Virus record (IMG/VR): IMGVR_UViG_3300043251_000023
Span: 9,544 to 73,543 of that record
Strand: one strand, 5' to 3'
DNA: 64,000 bases
Source: a virus
Both the position numbers and the translations under genes were made by a program. The notes under the pieces are model-generated. The model saw only the letters and a list, made by a program, of their open reading frames with translations. It was not told the origin of the DNA and did not search any database. Below are positions 35,860-44,737 of this stretch, piece by piece (position 1 is the stretch's first letter; the number at the start of each line of letters is the position of its first letter).

Positions 35860-36600
35860 GTGGGAATCTCCGCCGGCTACGATGCCTTCCGTCTCAGCTT
35901 CGAGATCAGCCCGATCATCCTGACCGGCGGCATCGCGACGCTGATTCCCGGCGGCGCTCTTCCAATAATTTCCGTCACGGAGAGCCTAAACTTCGTCGAC
36001 GGCCTTCTGTCTGGTGGCGAAGACCTCGACCTCGACGACTTCTTCGCGCACTTCGTTCCGATTCCCGGTTCGTCCCTCATCGACCAGCAGGTCGCGAAAT
36101 ACCCGCTGGCGAATCAGACCGTCGCAGCGAACGCGGTGATCACGCAGCCGCTCACGATCTCTATGAGAATGATTTGCCCGGCCAAGGGTCCGGGCGGCTA
36201 CGCGACGAAGCTCGCGACGATCATGGCGCTGCAGGCGGTCTTGAAGCAGCACAATGCTTCTGGGGGAACCTACATCGTCGCGACGCCGTCCTATTTTTAC
36301 ACGAACTGCCTCATGGTCGGGATGAAGGACACGTCGAACAGCGGCAGCGCGCAGGCGCAGAACACATATCAACTCGACTTTGAGCAGCCGCTTTTGACGC
36401 TCGCCGCCGCGCAAGCCGCGCAAAATAATCTGATGTCGCAGATCACGTCGGGCGTGCCGATTAACGGCGTGCCTTCTTGGAGCGGCCTCGGACCACCGAC
36501 CGGAAATCCACAAAGCATCGCGGCAGTTGGAACCATCCCCGCCGCATCAAACACGGCTGGGACCGGCATCGGCGTGCCGCTCATCGGAGGTCCGTCTTGA
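35860..36600 (+). CDS. tail tube initiator/baseplate protein
   Basis: ISPIILTGGIA, YPLANQTVAANA, HNASGGTY, DFEQPL. Confidence 0.75.
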   Translation: MGISAGYDAFRLSFEISPIILTGGIATLIPGGALPIISVTESLNFVDGLLSGGEDLDLDDFFAHFVPIPGSSLIDQQVAKYPLANQTVAANAVITQPLTISMRMICPAKGPGGYATKLATIMALQAVLKQHNASGGTYIVATPSYFYTNCLMVGMKDTSNSGSAQAQNTYQLDFEQPLLTLAAAQAAQNNLMSQITSGVPINGVPSWSGLGPPTGNPQSIAAVGTIPAASNTAGTGIGVPLIGGPS

Positions 36601-37106
36601 CCACCTTCATCAACTTCACGCCGTCGGCCGTCCAGCCGTTCCAGTTCAGCCCAACGCTCGACGGGCAGCAGTACAACGCCATCATCACCTGGAACATCTT
36701 TCGCGGGCCGAACAACGCGACTTTCGGATTTTATCTGAATTTGTACGATTTGAGCGGCAATCTGATTGTCGCGCGCGCGCTGTCTGGAAGCGCCATCGGC
36801 CTAAACCTTCAAGCGTTATCGTGGGCGAACGGCATCGTGACCGGCACGACAGTCACTCCGCATAACTTCAAAATCGGCAAGTCCATTCCGCTCGCGATAA
36901 CCGGTGCAGTACCCGATGGCTTCAATGGCGTCGCGCAGTGCTACATCATCAGTCCGACGAGTTTCACCTTCCCGCTCGCAACAAATCCGGGCGCGGCGAC
37001 TGCGTTCGGATCGGCATCATACGATGTCGACTTAACAGGCGGATATTTTGTCACATCGCGGATCGTTTACCGCGCGCCAAACAGACAATTTGAAATCTCA
37101 CCTTAA
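36597..37106 (+). CDS. baseplate plug-like protein with inserted beta-barrel domain
   Basis: TTGA overlap start; PFQFSPTLDGQQY...WN; C-terminal YFVTSRIVYR...FEISP. Confidence 0.75.
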   Translation: MTTFINFTPSAVQPFQFSPTLDGQQYNAIITWNIFRGPNNATFGFYLNLYDLSGNLIVARALSGSAIGLNLQALSWANGIVTGTTVTPHNFKIGKSIPLAITGAVPDGFNGVAQCYIISPTSFTFPLATNPGAATAFGSASYDVDLTGGYFVTSRIVYRAPNRQFEISP

Positions 37107-37376
37107 TGTCTGCTCCGCTTGCAATCTCTGCAGGAAACGCCAGATCGCCTTATAGCTTCCGATTCCTGTCAGTGCGATCTGGTGGGCGTTGAGTCCGCTT
37201 CGGTGAAGTTCGATGATCCGATCGTACCAACCGGGCGCTTTCTTTCGATAGCGACGGGATACCTCCCGCGTTGTTCCGTAATCGTATTTGCACGATGTGC
37301 ATCGGCGCTGATTGCGCCTGATCCGATAGACCTTGGAACACCCGCATCTCGGGCAGCACTCATTCTCCAGACCCAT
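37098..37376 (-). CDS. Zn-ribbon + HTH protein (IS1595-transposase N-terminus-like)
   Basis: CPRCG...CTSCK; GLNAHQIA..GIGSYKAIW. Confidence 0.6.
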   Translation of the reverse strand: MGLENECCPRCGCSKVYRIRRNQRRCTSCKYDYGTTREVSRRYRKKAPGWYDRIIELHRSGLNAHQIALTGIGSYKAIWRFLQRLQAEQTLR

Positions 37377-38314
37377 GTTCGCCTCTGATGTTCGGTCATC
37401 CCTGTGGCTGCGCTGAGAAGATCAAGAAGTTGGCGCATAGTAGCATCGACGTTTTGCCCGCGGCATTTGAACATAAACGTTAATTCACTGCGTCCTCGAT
37501 CTACATCTAAACAGGCATCAAGCATCAATAGAGCGGCGTTCCCCATCGACTTCTGAAAATCGCGCCTCCGCATCATTGATGTGTATTGGCGTTCGGTAAG
37601 ATCACCGCGTTTCTGATAGTGCAGACCACCGCGCGGTTCCGACCAATCAATGCTGACGTTTGGCTGGATCGCCGCCGCCTCCATATCCCACTGCCAAGAC
37701 CGGCCGGCGCGGAGTTGAAGCGCGGTGATCTTTTTTTCTGCATAAAGCTGCATGAGAATGTCGCGTTCGGATGGCGCGACAAGCTTACCGCCATCTTCGG
37801 ATTGATAATGCTCTACATTGAATTGCTGCCGCTCTGCCACATCAGCCATTGGGAAAGGCTGGTCTGCAAAGTCAGGTTTGTTGTCCCTCGGACGGTTTGC
37901 TAGATATTGCGCAACACTCTCAGCCAACGCCGACTCCATCGGGGTCCGTGGCGACTGCGGCTTCTGTGTGCGCTTCTGCCTCTTCCACCATCCGGGATGA
38001 TCGGCCATGAACTGCTCCCATTGGGCGGGGAGCATGTCGCCCTTCAGATTATTGCACTCTCTGCAGCACGGCACTAGCTGCGTGCCGCCAGCGGACGCGG
38101 GTACATAATGATCGCGCGTCGCGGCGACGCGCGAATGCGACGAAGTCCTCTCCATGAGTCGTTTGCAATAAGTGCACGGAAGCCCCTCGCCTTTGCGACC
38201 GCGAAGATTGAGCGGCGGCTCAACAAAGAAAAATGTTTTTGCTCCGGTGTTGCGGTCGATCTCTTTATAAAGAGGCTTGCGACCGTGTCCGTGCCGCGAC
38301 GTTCTAGTGCCCAT
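37169..38314 (-). CDS. HNH endonuclease fused to a helical (DUF6456-like) domain
   Basis: CTYC...TRDHYVP.S.GG...CRECNNLKG; LMQLYAEKKITALQLRAG. Confidence 0.75.
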   Translation of the reverse strand: MGTRTSRHGHGRKPLYKEIDRNTGAKTFFFVEPPLNLRGRKGEGLPCTYCKRLMERTSSHSRVAATRDHYVPASAGGTQLVPCCRECNNLKGDMLPAQWEQFMADHPGWWKRQKRTQKPQSPRTPMESALAESVAQYLANRPRDNKPDFADQPFPMADVAERQQFNVEHYQSEDGGKLVAPSERDILMQLYAEKKITALQLRAGRSWQWDMEAAAIQPNVSIDWSEPRGGLHYQKRGDLTERQYTSMMRRRDFQKSMGNAALLMLDACLDVDRGRSELTFMFKCRGQNVDATMRQLLDLLSAATGMTEHQRRTWVWRMSAARDAGVPRSIGSGAISADAHRANTITEQRGRYPVAIERKRPVGTIGSSNFTEADSTPTRSH

Positions 38315-38410
38315 AGAGAATCCTCACCATCGCCAGTTCCAAGAAACTCGCCGCCATCGATGGCCGGCGATAACAAAGCGCCGCAAGCAGGAAACAGCAG
38401 GCGGTAGCCA

Positions 38411-39442
38411 TCAGACACTCTCTGTCCAAGGACGATCTTCCGTGCCGAGCATCGGCTGATCAAAAGATATGCGAGGCCCGGCGCCATCGTATTTTAGGGG
38501 CAGCGTTTTGAAATGCTTGGTGATGTACCTCCCAACAGCATCGTTTAGGTCGCCGACTGCAATATCGCCGGACAGCAGACCCACAATCATGTCCTGACAG
38601 ACATCCGCGCGGATGTGCTCGGGCCAGCTATCAGGAACGGCACCATTGACCAGCAGCACGAGATCGCGAGCACCGTCCGGCTTTTCGGGATCGTGCGCCA
38701 TGAACGGATAAAATAATTGCTTGCTGCGAGCGATACCGCGTTCACGGTCGCGATAGTCTTGGCCCGCATTTTCGTGAGTCGATATGCGCCATTCGGCGCA
38801 GTCAATGCGGTCGCTAAATCGGTCAACGCGCTGCAACTCCCAACAATGTTGGCCACCGACCATCTTCACATATTCGGTTAGTCCCTCGATATTTTTGGTG
38901 ACCGACGGATTGTCGTACAGGCGCCACAGAAAACTCCAAAGATGAGGCTTACTCGGCGGTCTCAGCGGCCCGCAGAGCTGCGAAAAGGCGGCGTTATTTA
39001 CGAGCTTGAGACCATCGCTCATAGTCTCCGCTTCCGCCGCCATCATCAGTAATATAAAATTCCACATGCGATGAGCGCGCCCGCGGTTCATGGCGCCGCG
39101 ATAAAGCAACAGCGGCGCAAATGTTTTTTCGATGCCCGGTCGGATGATCAGGTCCGACAGATAGTTCATTCCGGGATTTGTTGCCGTTCCCGTAGAATAC
39201 CAATGGTAAGGGCCCTTGCTCGAATTGAGCGCGCGAATCTGCTCCGGGCTCCGCTCGATGCGCGGCTTGCTTTGACCCCCAGGGACTCCGAAGTGAAGTC
39301 GAAACCAGCCGCGCGTTCCGGTTTGGCGACCAATGCGATTGTGGATAGCCTCAACGCGCCCGCTTTCCGTTAGCGGGCCTGGCGCGATCCAGATGCCGCG
39401 AGCAATCTCGCGTTCCTGTGGCGTTATTTCTATGCTCGGCAT
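38411..39442 (-). CDS. hypothetical protein
   Basis: 343-aa ORF with AAGGGAG SD. Confidence 0.75.
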   Translation of the reverse strand: MPSIEITPQEREIARGIWIAPGPLTESGRVEAIHNRIGRQTGTRGWFRLHFGVPGGQSKPRIERSPEQIRALNSSKGPYHWYSTGTATNPGMNYLSDLIIRPGIEKTFAPLLLYRGAMNRGRAHRMWNFILLMMAAEAETMSDGLKLVNNAAFSQLCGPLRPPSKPHLWSFLWRLYDNPSVTKNIEGLTEYVKMVGGQHCWELQRVDRFSDRIDCAEWRISTHENAGQDYRDRERGIARSKQLFYPFMAHDPEKPDGARDLVLLVNGAVPDSWPEHIRADVCQDMIVGLLSGDIAVGDLNDAVGRYITKHFKTLPLKYDGAGPRISFDQPMLGTEDRPWTESV

Positions 39443-39620
39443 GGTCTTAAGTCTCCCTTGCGCTCCGGCCGATCAAGCCTGGAACGCGGTTCAAGGGTCA
39501 CATCGCTGCGACACCGGGCGCAAGGAAGCAGGGGAAGTGGTGCCGCGTTCTGGGTCGCGTTGATCGCCGCGATGTCAGTTATGGTATAGAAGGACAGAAT
39601 AGAAGTCCAGCGGGGCTGAT

Positions 39621-40649
39621 TTGCGCTACTACAGGATCGTCATTACTTCGGCCTCGGGAGACGTAATTTCCCCACCCGGATTCGCCGGTCTTCTGGGCGG
39701 GGCGACCTACACGAGTTTCGTAAATAATCAAACACTTCCAGAGGCTTGGGACATTGAATTAGATATTCCCGTCATCGACGCGGCGACCAGTCAAGGCTTC
39801 GCGAACGCGCGCGTTTGGGGGATTTCCAATCAAGAAATCGGGCAGGCGAACAACCTCAACGGCAAGAACATCGCGATCTATGGCGGGATGCAAAAGGGGC
39901 TTCCGCTTGCGAACCCGGCGCAGTCCGGCCTGCTCGTCCAGGGGAACATCTTCCAGTGCTTCGGCAACAACATCGGGGTCGACCGGACGCTCGACTTCGT
40001 CATCCAGCCCGGAACGGCGACCGCGAGTGCGCCCGGCGGGACGGGATCGCTGAAGACGCCGAAGAACATCGTCCTCCTTTGGAAGGCCGGGCAGACGCTC
40101 GCGACCGCGCTCGCCACGGCCTTATCGACGGCCTTCCCGGGCGTGCAGCAGCAAATCTCGATTTCCGCGAACCTCGTGCGCCAGGCCGACGACGTTCACG
40201 TCGTGCCGACGCTCGAACTTTTGGCGCAATACTGCCGACAGGCCAGTTTTGACATCGTCAAGACGTCCGGCTACGCGGGCGTCAGCATCACCTATTCCGG
40301 GAACACGATCTCGGTCTCGGACGGCACGTCGGGGACCGCGGTGGCGGGGACGACGCAGATCGCGTTTCAAGACCTCATCGGACAACCGACCTGGATCGAG
40401 GCGCCGAACATCCAACTTAAAACGGTGATGCGCGCCGATCTCGCGGTGGGGAACCAGATCATGCTGCCGCCGACGCAGATTATCAACACGCAGCAGGCTA
40501 GTTCGGCGCTCGTGAACCAGCAGGTTTCCTTCCAGGGCGGCTTCAGCATCGTCAGCCTTCGGCACGTCGGCCACTTCCGGCAACCGTCCGCTGATGCGTG
40601 GGTGACCGTCATTGAAGCGGCGCCGAATCAGGTCGCGGCGGCCGCATGA
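39621..40649 (+). CDS. baseplate hub protein
   Basis: MRYY.I.I start; GGMQKGLPLANP, DLIGQPTW, RHVGHFRQ..ADAWVT. Confidence 0.8.
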   Translation: MRYYRIVITSASGDVISPPGFAGLLGGATYTSFVNNQTLPEAWDIELDIPVIDAATSQGFANARVWGISNQEIGQANNLNGKNIAIYGGMQKGLPLANPAQSGLLVQGNIFQCFGNNIGVDRTLDFVIQPGTATASAPGGTGSLKTPKNIVLLWKAGQTLATALATALSTAFPGVQQQISISANLVRQADDVHVVPTLELLAQYCRQASFDIVKTSGYAGVSITYSGNTISVSDGTSGTAVAGTTQIAFQDLIGQPTWIEAPNIQLKTVMRADLAVGNQIMLPPTQIINTQQASSALVNQQVSFQGGFSIVSLRHVGHFRQPSADAWVTVIEAAPNQVAAAA

Positions 40650-41218
40650 GCAGTTCGCAGAAAGTCCCTGTCGCGCGGTCGCTCGAACTCTTCGCGAACC
40701 GCAAGGTCCGCGGCGCGCTGGCAACCTTGGGCCAATCGCTCCCGGCGACGGTGGTGTCGATTACCGGGGGGATCGTCACGGTCAAGTTCGCGCTGACGTC
40801 GCCTTACACGCTACCGAACGTGACGGTCCCGATTGTTGGGTCGGAGTACGTCCGCCTCCCGATCCAGGCAGGGTGCCCCGGCTTCGTCATGTCGGCCGAC
40901 GCTTATCTCGGCGGCATGTCCGGCCTCGGGGGAGGAACCGCGGACCTTTCCCCGCGCGGCAACCTCTCGATGCTGGTCTGGACGCCGATCGGCAACAAGG
41001 CGTGGCAGGCGGTGATCGACGCCAACGCGATCGAGCTTTACGGACCGGACGGCGGCATCATCCGAACCGCGGACAAGACGAGCATCGTGAGAGTTTCGTC
41101 CGCCGGCACTACGGTGACGCTCCCCGTCGGCGGCAATTTCGTGGTAAGCACGTTGCCGGTTGCCCCGGGACCGCCGGGGACGCTTTGGAACGATGGTGGC
41201 CAAGTGATGGTATCGTGA
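40646..41218 (+). CDS. baseplate spike (gpV/gp138-like)
   Basis: LPATVVS..G.IVTVKF OB-fold; EYVRLPIQAG, LGGMSGLGGG. Confidence 0.8.
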   Translation: MSSSQKVPVARSLELFANRKVRGALATLGQSLPATVVSITGGIVTVKFALTSPYTLPNVTVPIVGSEYVRLPIQAGCPGFVMSADAYLGGMSGLGGGTADLSPRGNLSMLVWTPIGNKAWQAVIDANAIELYGPDGGIIRTADKTSIVRVSSAGTTVTLPVGGNFVVSTLPVAPGPPGTLWNDGGQVMVS

Positions 41219-41219
41219 A

Positions 41220-41567
41220 ATGCGAACTTTTGGCCGCGTGGTCAATCCAGACGGAAGCAAGTCGTGGGTGGAAGTCACCACCGATGCTAACGGTTTTGAT
41301 GACGCCGTGTGGATCACCACGCTTTGCCAAAACTTCCTATTGAATCTCAACGAGTCTCCGTTCGACGCCAACTGGGGATTGCCAGCGCAGCAATCCGTCC
41401 TTCAGCAGGTCCAGCCTGACTATTACGTCGCGCAGATTCAGCGGCAGTTTGCGCAATACTTCGCGAGCCTGATCATCTCCAAGGTGCCCGATGTGACAAC
41501 GCCGACCTATAACGTGGCAGTGACCACAAATCAGGGCTCAAAAATTATCGTCCAGGTGCCGACATGA
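41220..41567 (+). CDS. baseplate wedge/sheath initiator (gp25/gp46-like)
   Basis: LNLNESPFDANWGLP. Confidence 0.75.
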   Translation: MRTFGRVVNPDGSKSWVEVTTDANGFDDAVWITTLCQNFLLNLNESPFDANWGLPAQQSVLQQVQPDYYVAQIQRQFAQYFASLIISKVPDVTTPTYNVAVTTNQGSKIIVQVPT

Positions 41568-43018
41568 GCAACACGGACTTCGAGTTTCCGGTCGTCATCA
41601 CGTCGGCTGGGGTCCAACCGACGCCGCCAGCGACAATTCTCGCCGAACTTATCGCAAACGTCAGCGCAACGAATCCTGGATATACGGCAGTTTTGCCCGG
41701 ATCATTGATTCGCGATGTGTCGACTACGGAGGTCGGCGGCATCGCCCTGATCGACGCGGCGCGGGTCGAGACGCTGAACTCGATCTCACCCTACGCGGCG
41801 AACGACTTCCTGCTCTTGGAGCTCGGGCAAATCTATATCGGGCCGGGGGCGGCTCCGGGCGTCCCCACGAACACGTCGGTCTCGGTCGTCTTCACCGCCA
41901 TAGACCCAAATACCAGCGCGCCGCTCGGCGGCCAAGTGATCGCGGTCGGTTTCACGGTTTCCGACGGGACCTACCAGTACATCGTCCAGGACGGCGGGGT
42001 CACGTCCTCGAACGGTCAAAGCCTGCCGCTGTTCTGCATCGCGACGGTCTCCGGTTCGTGGGCGGTCCCGTCGGGAAGCGTGACGCAACTCGTCACGGCA
42101 GAACCGCCGGACGTCAACCTGACGTGCTCCAACCCGCAGCCGGGCTTCGCCGGTCTCGCCGCGGAGACGACGGAGCAATTCCGCGCGCGCGTCCTGATGG
42201 CGGGCCAAGCGATCGGGACCGGGACCGAATCGCTCCTCAAGACGCAGTTGTTCCAGGTTTCCGGCGTCCAGCAGCGGCTCGTCTCCGTGCGCCAGCAGGG
42301 GGCGGCTTGGGAGGTGATCGTCGGCGGCGGCGACCCGTATCAGGTTGCCGGGGCTATCTACGCCTCGGGGGTAAACATCGCCGGGCTGGTCGGATCGACG
42401 CTTTCGGTGACGAACATCACCAATGCGAACCCCGGGGTGGTGACGACGAACCTCAACCATGGCTTCGCGACCGGGCAAGTCATAACGATGGCCGGCATCG
42501 TCGGGATGACGCCGCTCAACGGGATACCGCTCACGATCACGGTTCTGACGGAGAAGACCTTCAGCATCGGCGTCGACACGACGGGTTATCCGCTCTACGT
42601 CAGCGGCGGCGTGGTTTCCCCGAACCTGCGCAATGCCACGCCGAACATCCGGGACGCGCCGGACCTTTACACGGTCCCCTTCGTCATCCCGCCGCAGCAG
42701 ACGGTGACGATCGCGGTGACCTGGAACACGACGCTGCCGAACTTCGTCTCGCAGGCGGCGGTCGCGCAACTCGCCGCCACGGCAATCGCGGCCTACATCA
42801 ATGGGATCGAGGTAGGGGCCCCGATCAGCCTGCTCGAGCTTGGGACGACGTTCGCCGCCGCGGTGATTTCCGTCATCGACCCGTCGACGATCTCGGTCCT
42901 GACGTTCGTCGTTTCGATCAACGGGGTCTCGACGGCGCCGACCGGACAGTTAGTCCAGGGCGATCCGGAGAGCTATATGTTTTCAACGGTCGCCGGCATC
43001 GCCGTAACGCAGGTCTAG
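41564..43018 (+). CDS. baseplate J-like protein with inserted beta-barrel domain
   Basis: LPGSLIRD, ETTEQFRARV, GGGDPYQVA. Confidence 0.85.
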   Translation: MSNTDFEFPVVITSAGVQPTPPATILAELIANVSATNPGYTAVLPGSLIRDVSTTEVGGIALIDAARVETLNSISPYAANDFLLLELGQIYIGPGAAPGVPTNTSVSVVFTAIDPNTSAPLGGQVIAVGFTVSDGTYQYIVQDGGVTSSNGQSLPLFCIATVSGSWAVPSGSVTQLVTAEPPDVNLTCSNPQPGFAGLAAETTEQFRARVLMAGQAIGTGTESLLKTQLFQVSGVQQRLVSVRQQGAAWEVIVGGGDPYQVAGAIYASGVNIAGLVGSTLSVTNITNANPGVVTTNLNHGFATGQVITMAGIVGMTPLNGIPLTITVLTEKTFSIGVDTTGYPLYVSGGVVSPNLRNATPNIRDAPDLYTVPFVIPPQQTVTIAVTWNTTLPNFVSQAAVAQLAATAIAAYINGIEVGAPISLLELGTTFAAAVISVIDPSTISVLTFVVSINGVSTAPTGQLVQGDPESYMFSTVAGIAVTQV

Positions 43019-43019
43019 C

Positions 43020-44093
43020 ATGGCGAGCCCGGTCTCCCTTTACGCGCCAGCGGCGACCGTCGTCACGGTGGGCGGCCAGCCGATCACGGCGGCCTATGGG
43101 CCTTTGCTCGGCGGCTTCATCCAGAATCCGTATAGCAACATCGACCAGGGGACGATCTTCGCGGAGCCGCTGTTCGTCAGCATCGATGGCCCTGCGGCGC
43201 TCTCCGACACCGGAACGACGACACGCCTCGAGGCCGGGGGCATTTTTCAGATCCCGCCGGGGCTAACCGGGAACGTCAGCGTCAACGCGGAAACCTCCGG
43301 GCACAAGTTCTCTGGGGTGGTCTTCCAATCTTCGACCCCGTTCCCGCCGACGCCGCAACCCGGCACTTTCCCGCCGTCCGAGCCGACGGTGGTGACGACC
43401 GTCATCCCGTCCTACCTCTACCAGCAATACCAGGACGACGACGATCTCCAGGCTTTCGTCGAGGCTTACAACGCCCTGGCACAGGGTTACGTCGACTGGT
43501 TCGTGAACACGCCGCTTCCGGTCTACACGAACGCCCTGATCGCCGGGCCGCTTCTGGATTGGGTTGCCGGCGGCGTCTACGGCATGATTCGGCCAGCGCT
43601 TTCCTCCGGGCGCAACCGGGACATCGGCCCAGTGAACACCTACGGGCCGAACACGCTGGAGCCCAACCGGCGGAAGGAAATCGGCCCACGGAACGTCGTC
43701 GCGACCTCCGACGATGTTTTCAAGCGGATAATGACGTGGAATTTTTACAAGGGGGACGGCAACGTCTTCGACATCCGGTGGCTGAAGCGGCGGATCAAGA
43801 GGTTCCTGATCGGCCCCAACGGAACGGCGCCGAACGTCGATGAGACCTACGAAATTAGCGTGACCTACGGCAACGGAGTCATCGCGATTCGCATCAGCGT
43901 CGGAACGCGGACGGTCACCGGCGGCGCGCTGCCAAATCGTTTCGGCTGCAATAGGCTGACGCCGAACGCGCTGAAAACCTTGTTCGTCCCGTCGCCGACG
44001 GTTCCTTTTCCGCTCGCGCCGGTACTGCAACAAGCACTACAGTCAGGCGTGCTACAAACTCCATTCCAATATGCTATAACGATTGCGGTCTAG
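43020..44093 (+). CDS. baseplate wedge subunit (DUF2612-like) with extra N-terminal domain
   Basis: IPSYLYQQYQDDDDLQAF, LLDWV, DDVFKRIMTWNFYKGDG; N-domain paralogous to 46133. Confidence 0.75.
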   Translation: MASPVSLYAPAATVVTVGGQPITAAYGPLLGGFIQNPYSNIDQGTIFAEPLFVSIDGPAALSDTGTTTRLEAGGIFQIPPGLTGNVSVNAETSGHKFSGVVFQSSTPFPPTPQPGTFPPSEPTVVTTVIPSYLYQQYQDDDDLQAFVEAYNALAQGYVDWFVNTPLPVYTNALIAGPLLDWVAGGVYGMIRPALSSGRNRDIGPVNTYGPNTLEPNRRKEIGPRNVVATSDDVFKRIMTWNFYKGDGNVFDIRWLKRRIKRFLIGPNGTAPNVDETYEISVTYGNGVIAIRISVGTRTVTGGALPNRFGCNRLTPNALKTLFVPSPTVPFPLAPVLQQALQSGVLQTPFQYAITIAV

Positions 44094-44104
44094 GAGGGCA
44101 GGCA

Positions 44105-44737
44105 GTGTCCATATTTTTGATGGCGAATAATGCGTCGAGCACGCTCGCCGCGCCCATATCGAACTCCGCGACGACGGTCTCGCTCGCGGTCGGAACGGGA
44201 GCGCTGTTTCCCAACCCTAGCGCCGGCCAGCAATTCCCCCTCACCTTCAACGATGCCGCGACCGGGCTTTTGACGGAGATCGTCTATTGCACCTCGAGGG
44301 CCGGGGACACGCTCACCATCGTCCGGGCGCAGGAAGGAACGACTGCGCAGGCGTGGCTGGCGGGAGACCTCGCGGCGAACCTCATCACGGCAGGATTGCT
44401 CGCGGCCTACCAGCAGAGCGCGGCGCTCAGCCCGGCGCGGACGGTCACGGCCTCCGGGGCCTTCGCGATGAGCACGGCCGATGCCGGCGGAGGCGTCGGT
44501 CTTGACAGGATTGTCGGCCCTGCGGTTTCCTCGACCACGCTCCCGGTCTCGACCGATGGGCAAACCTACTGGATCGAGGACCTCGCCAGGAACTTCAACG
44601 CCTATCCGGTGACGGTGACATTTCCCGGGGGAACGACTGGACCGAACGGCGCCGCGACGGTCACGCTCAATGTCAACGGTCAGTGCGCGCAGTTCCGCTT
44701 CTACGCCGACAGCAACATTTGGAGTTTCCGACCATGA
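44105..44737 (+). CDS. proximal tail fibre/baseplate-anchoring protein
   Basis: ANNASSTLA...EIVYCTSRAGDTLTIVRAQEGTTAQAW. Confidence 0.75.
   Translation: MSIFLMANNASSTLAAPISNSATTVSLAVGTGALFPNPSAGQQFPLTFNDAATGLLTEIVYCTSRAGDTLTIVRAQEGTTAQAWLAGDLAANLITAGLLAAYQQSAALSPARTVTASGAFAMSTADAGGGVGLDRIVGPAVSSTTLPVSTDGQTYWIEDLARNFNAYPVTVTFPGGTTGPNGAATVTLNVNGQCAQFRFYADSNIWSFRP

Noticed and set aside
37098-37376. Complete IS1595-family insertion sequence
   Set aside because: Only a Zn-ribbon/HTH portion; no DDE domain or terminal inverted repeats seen.
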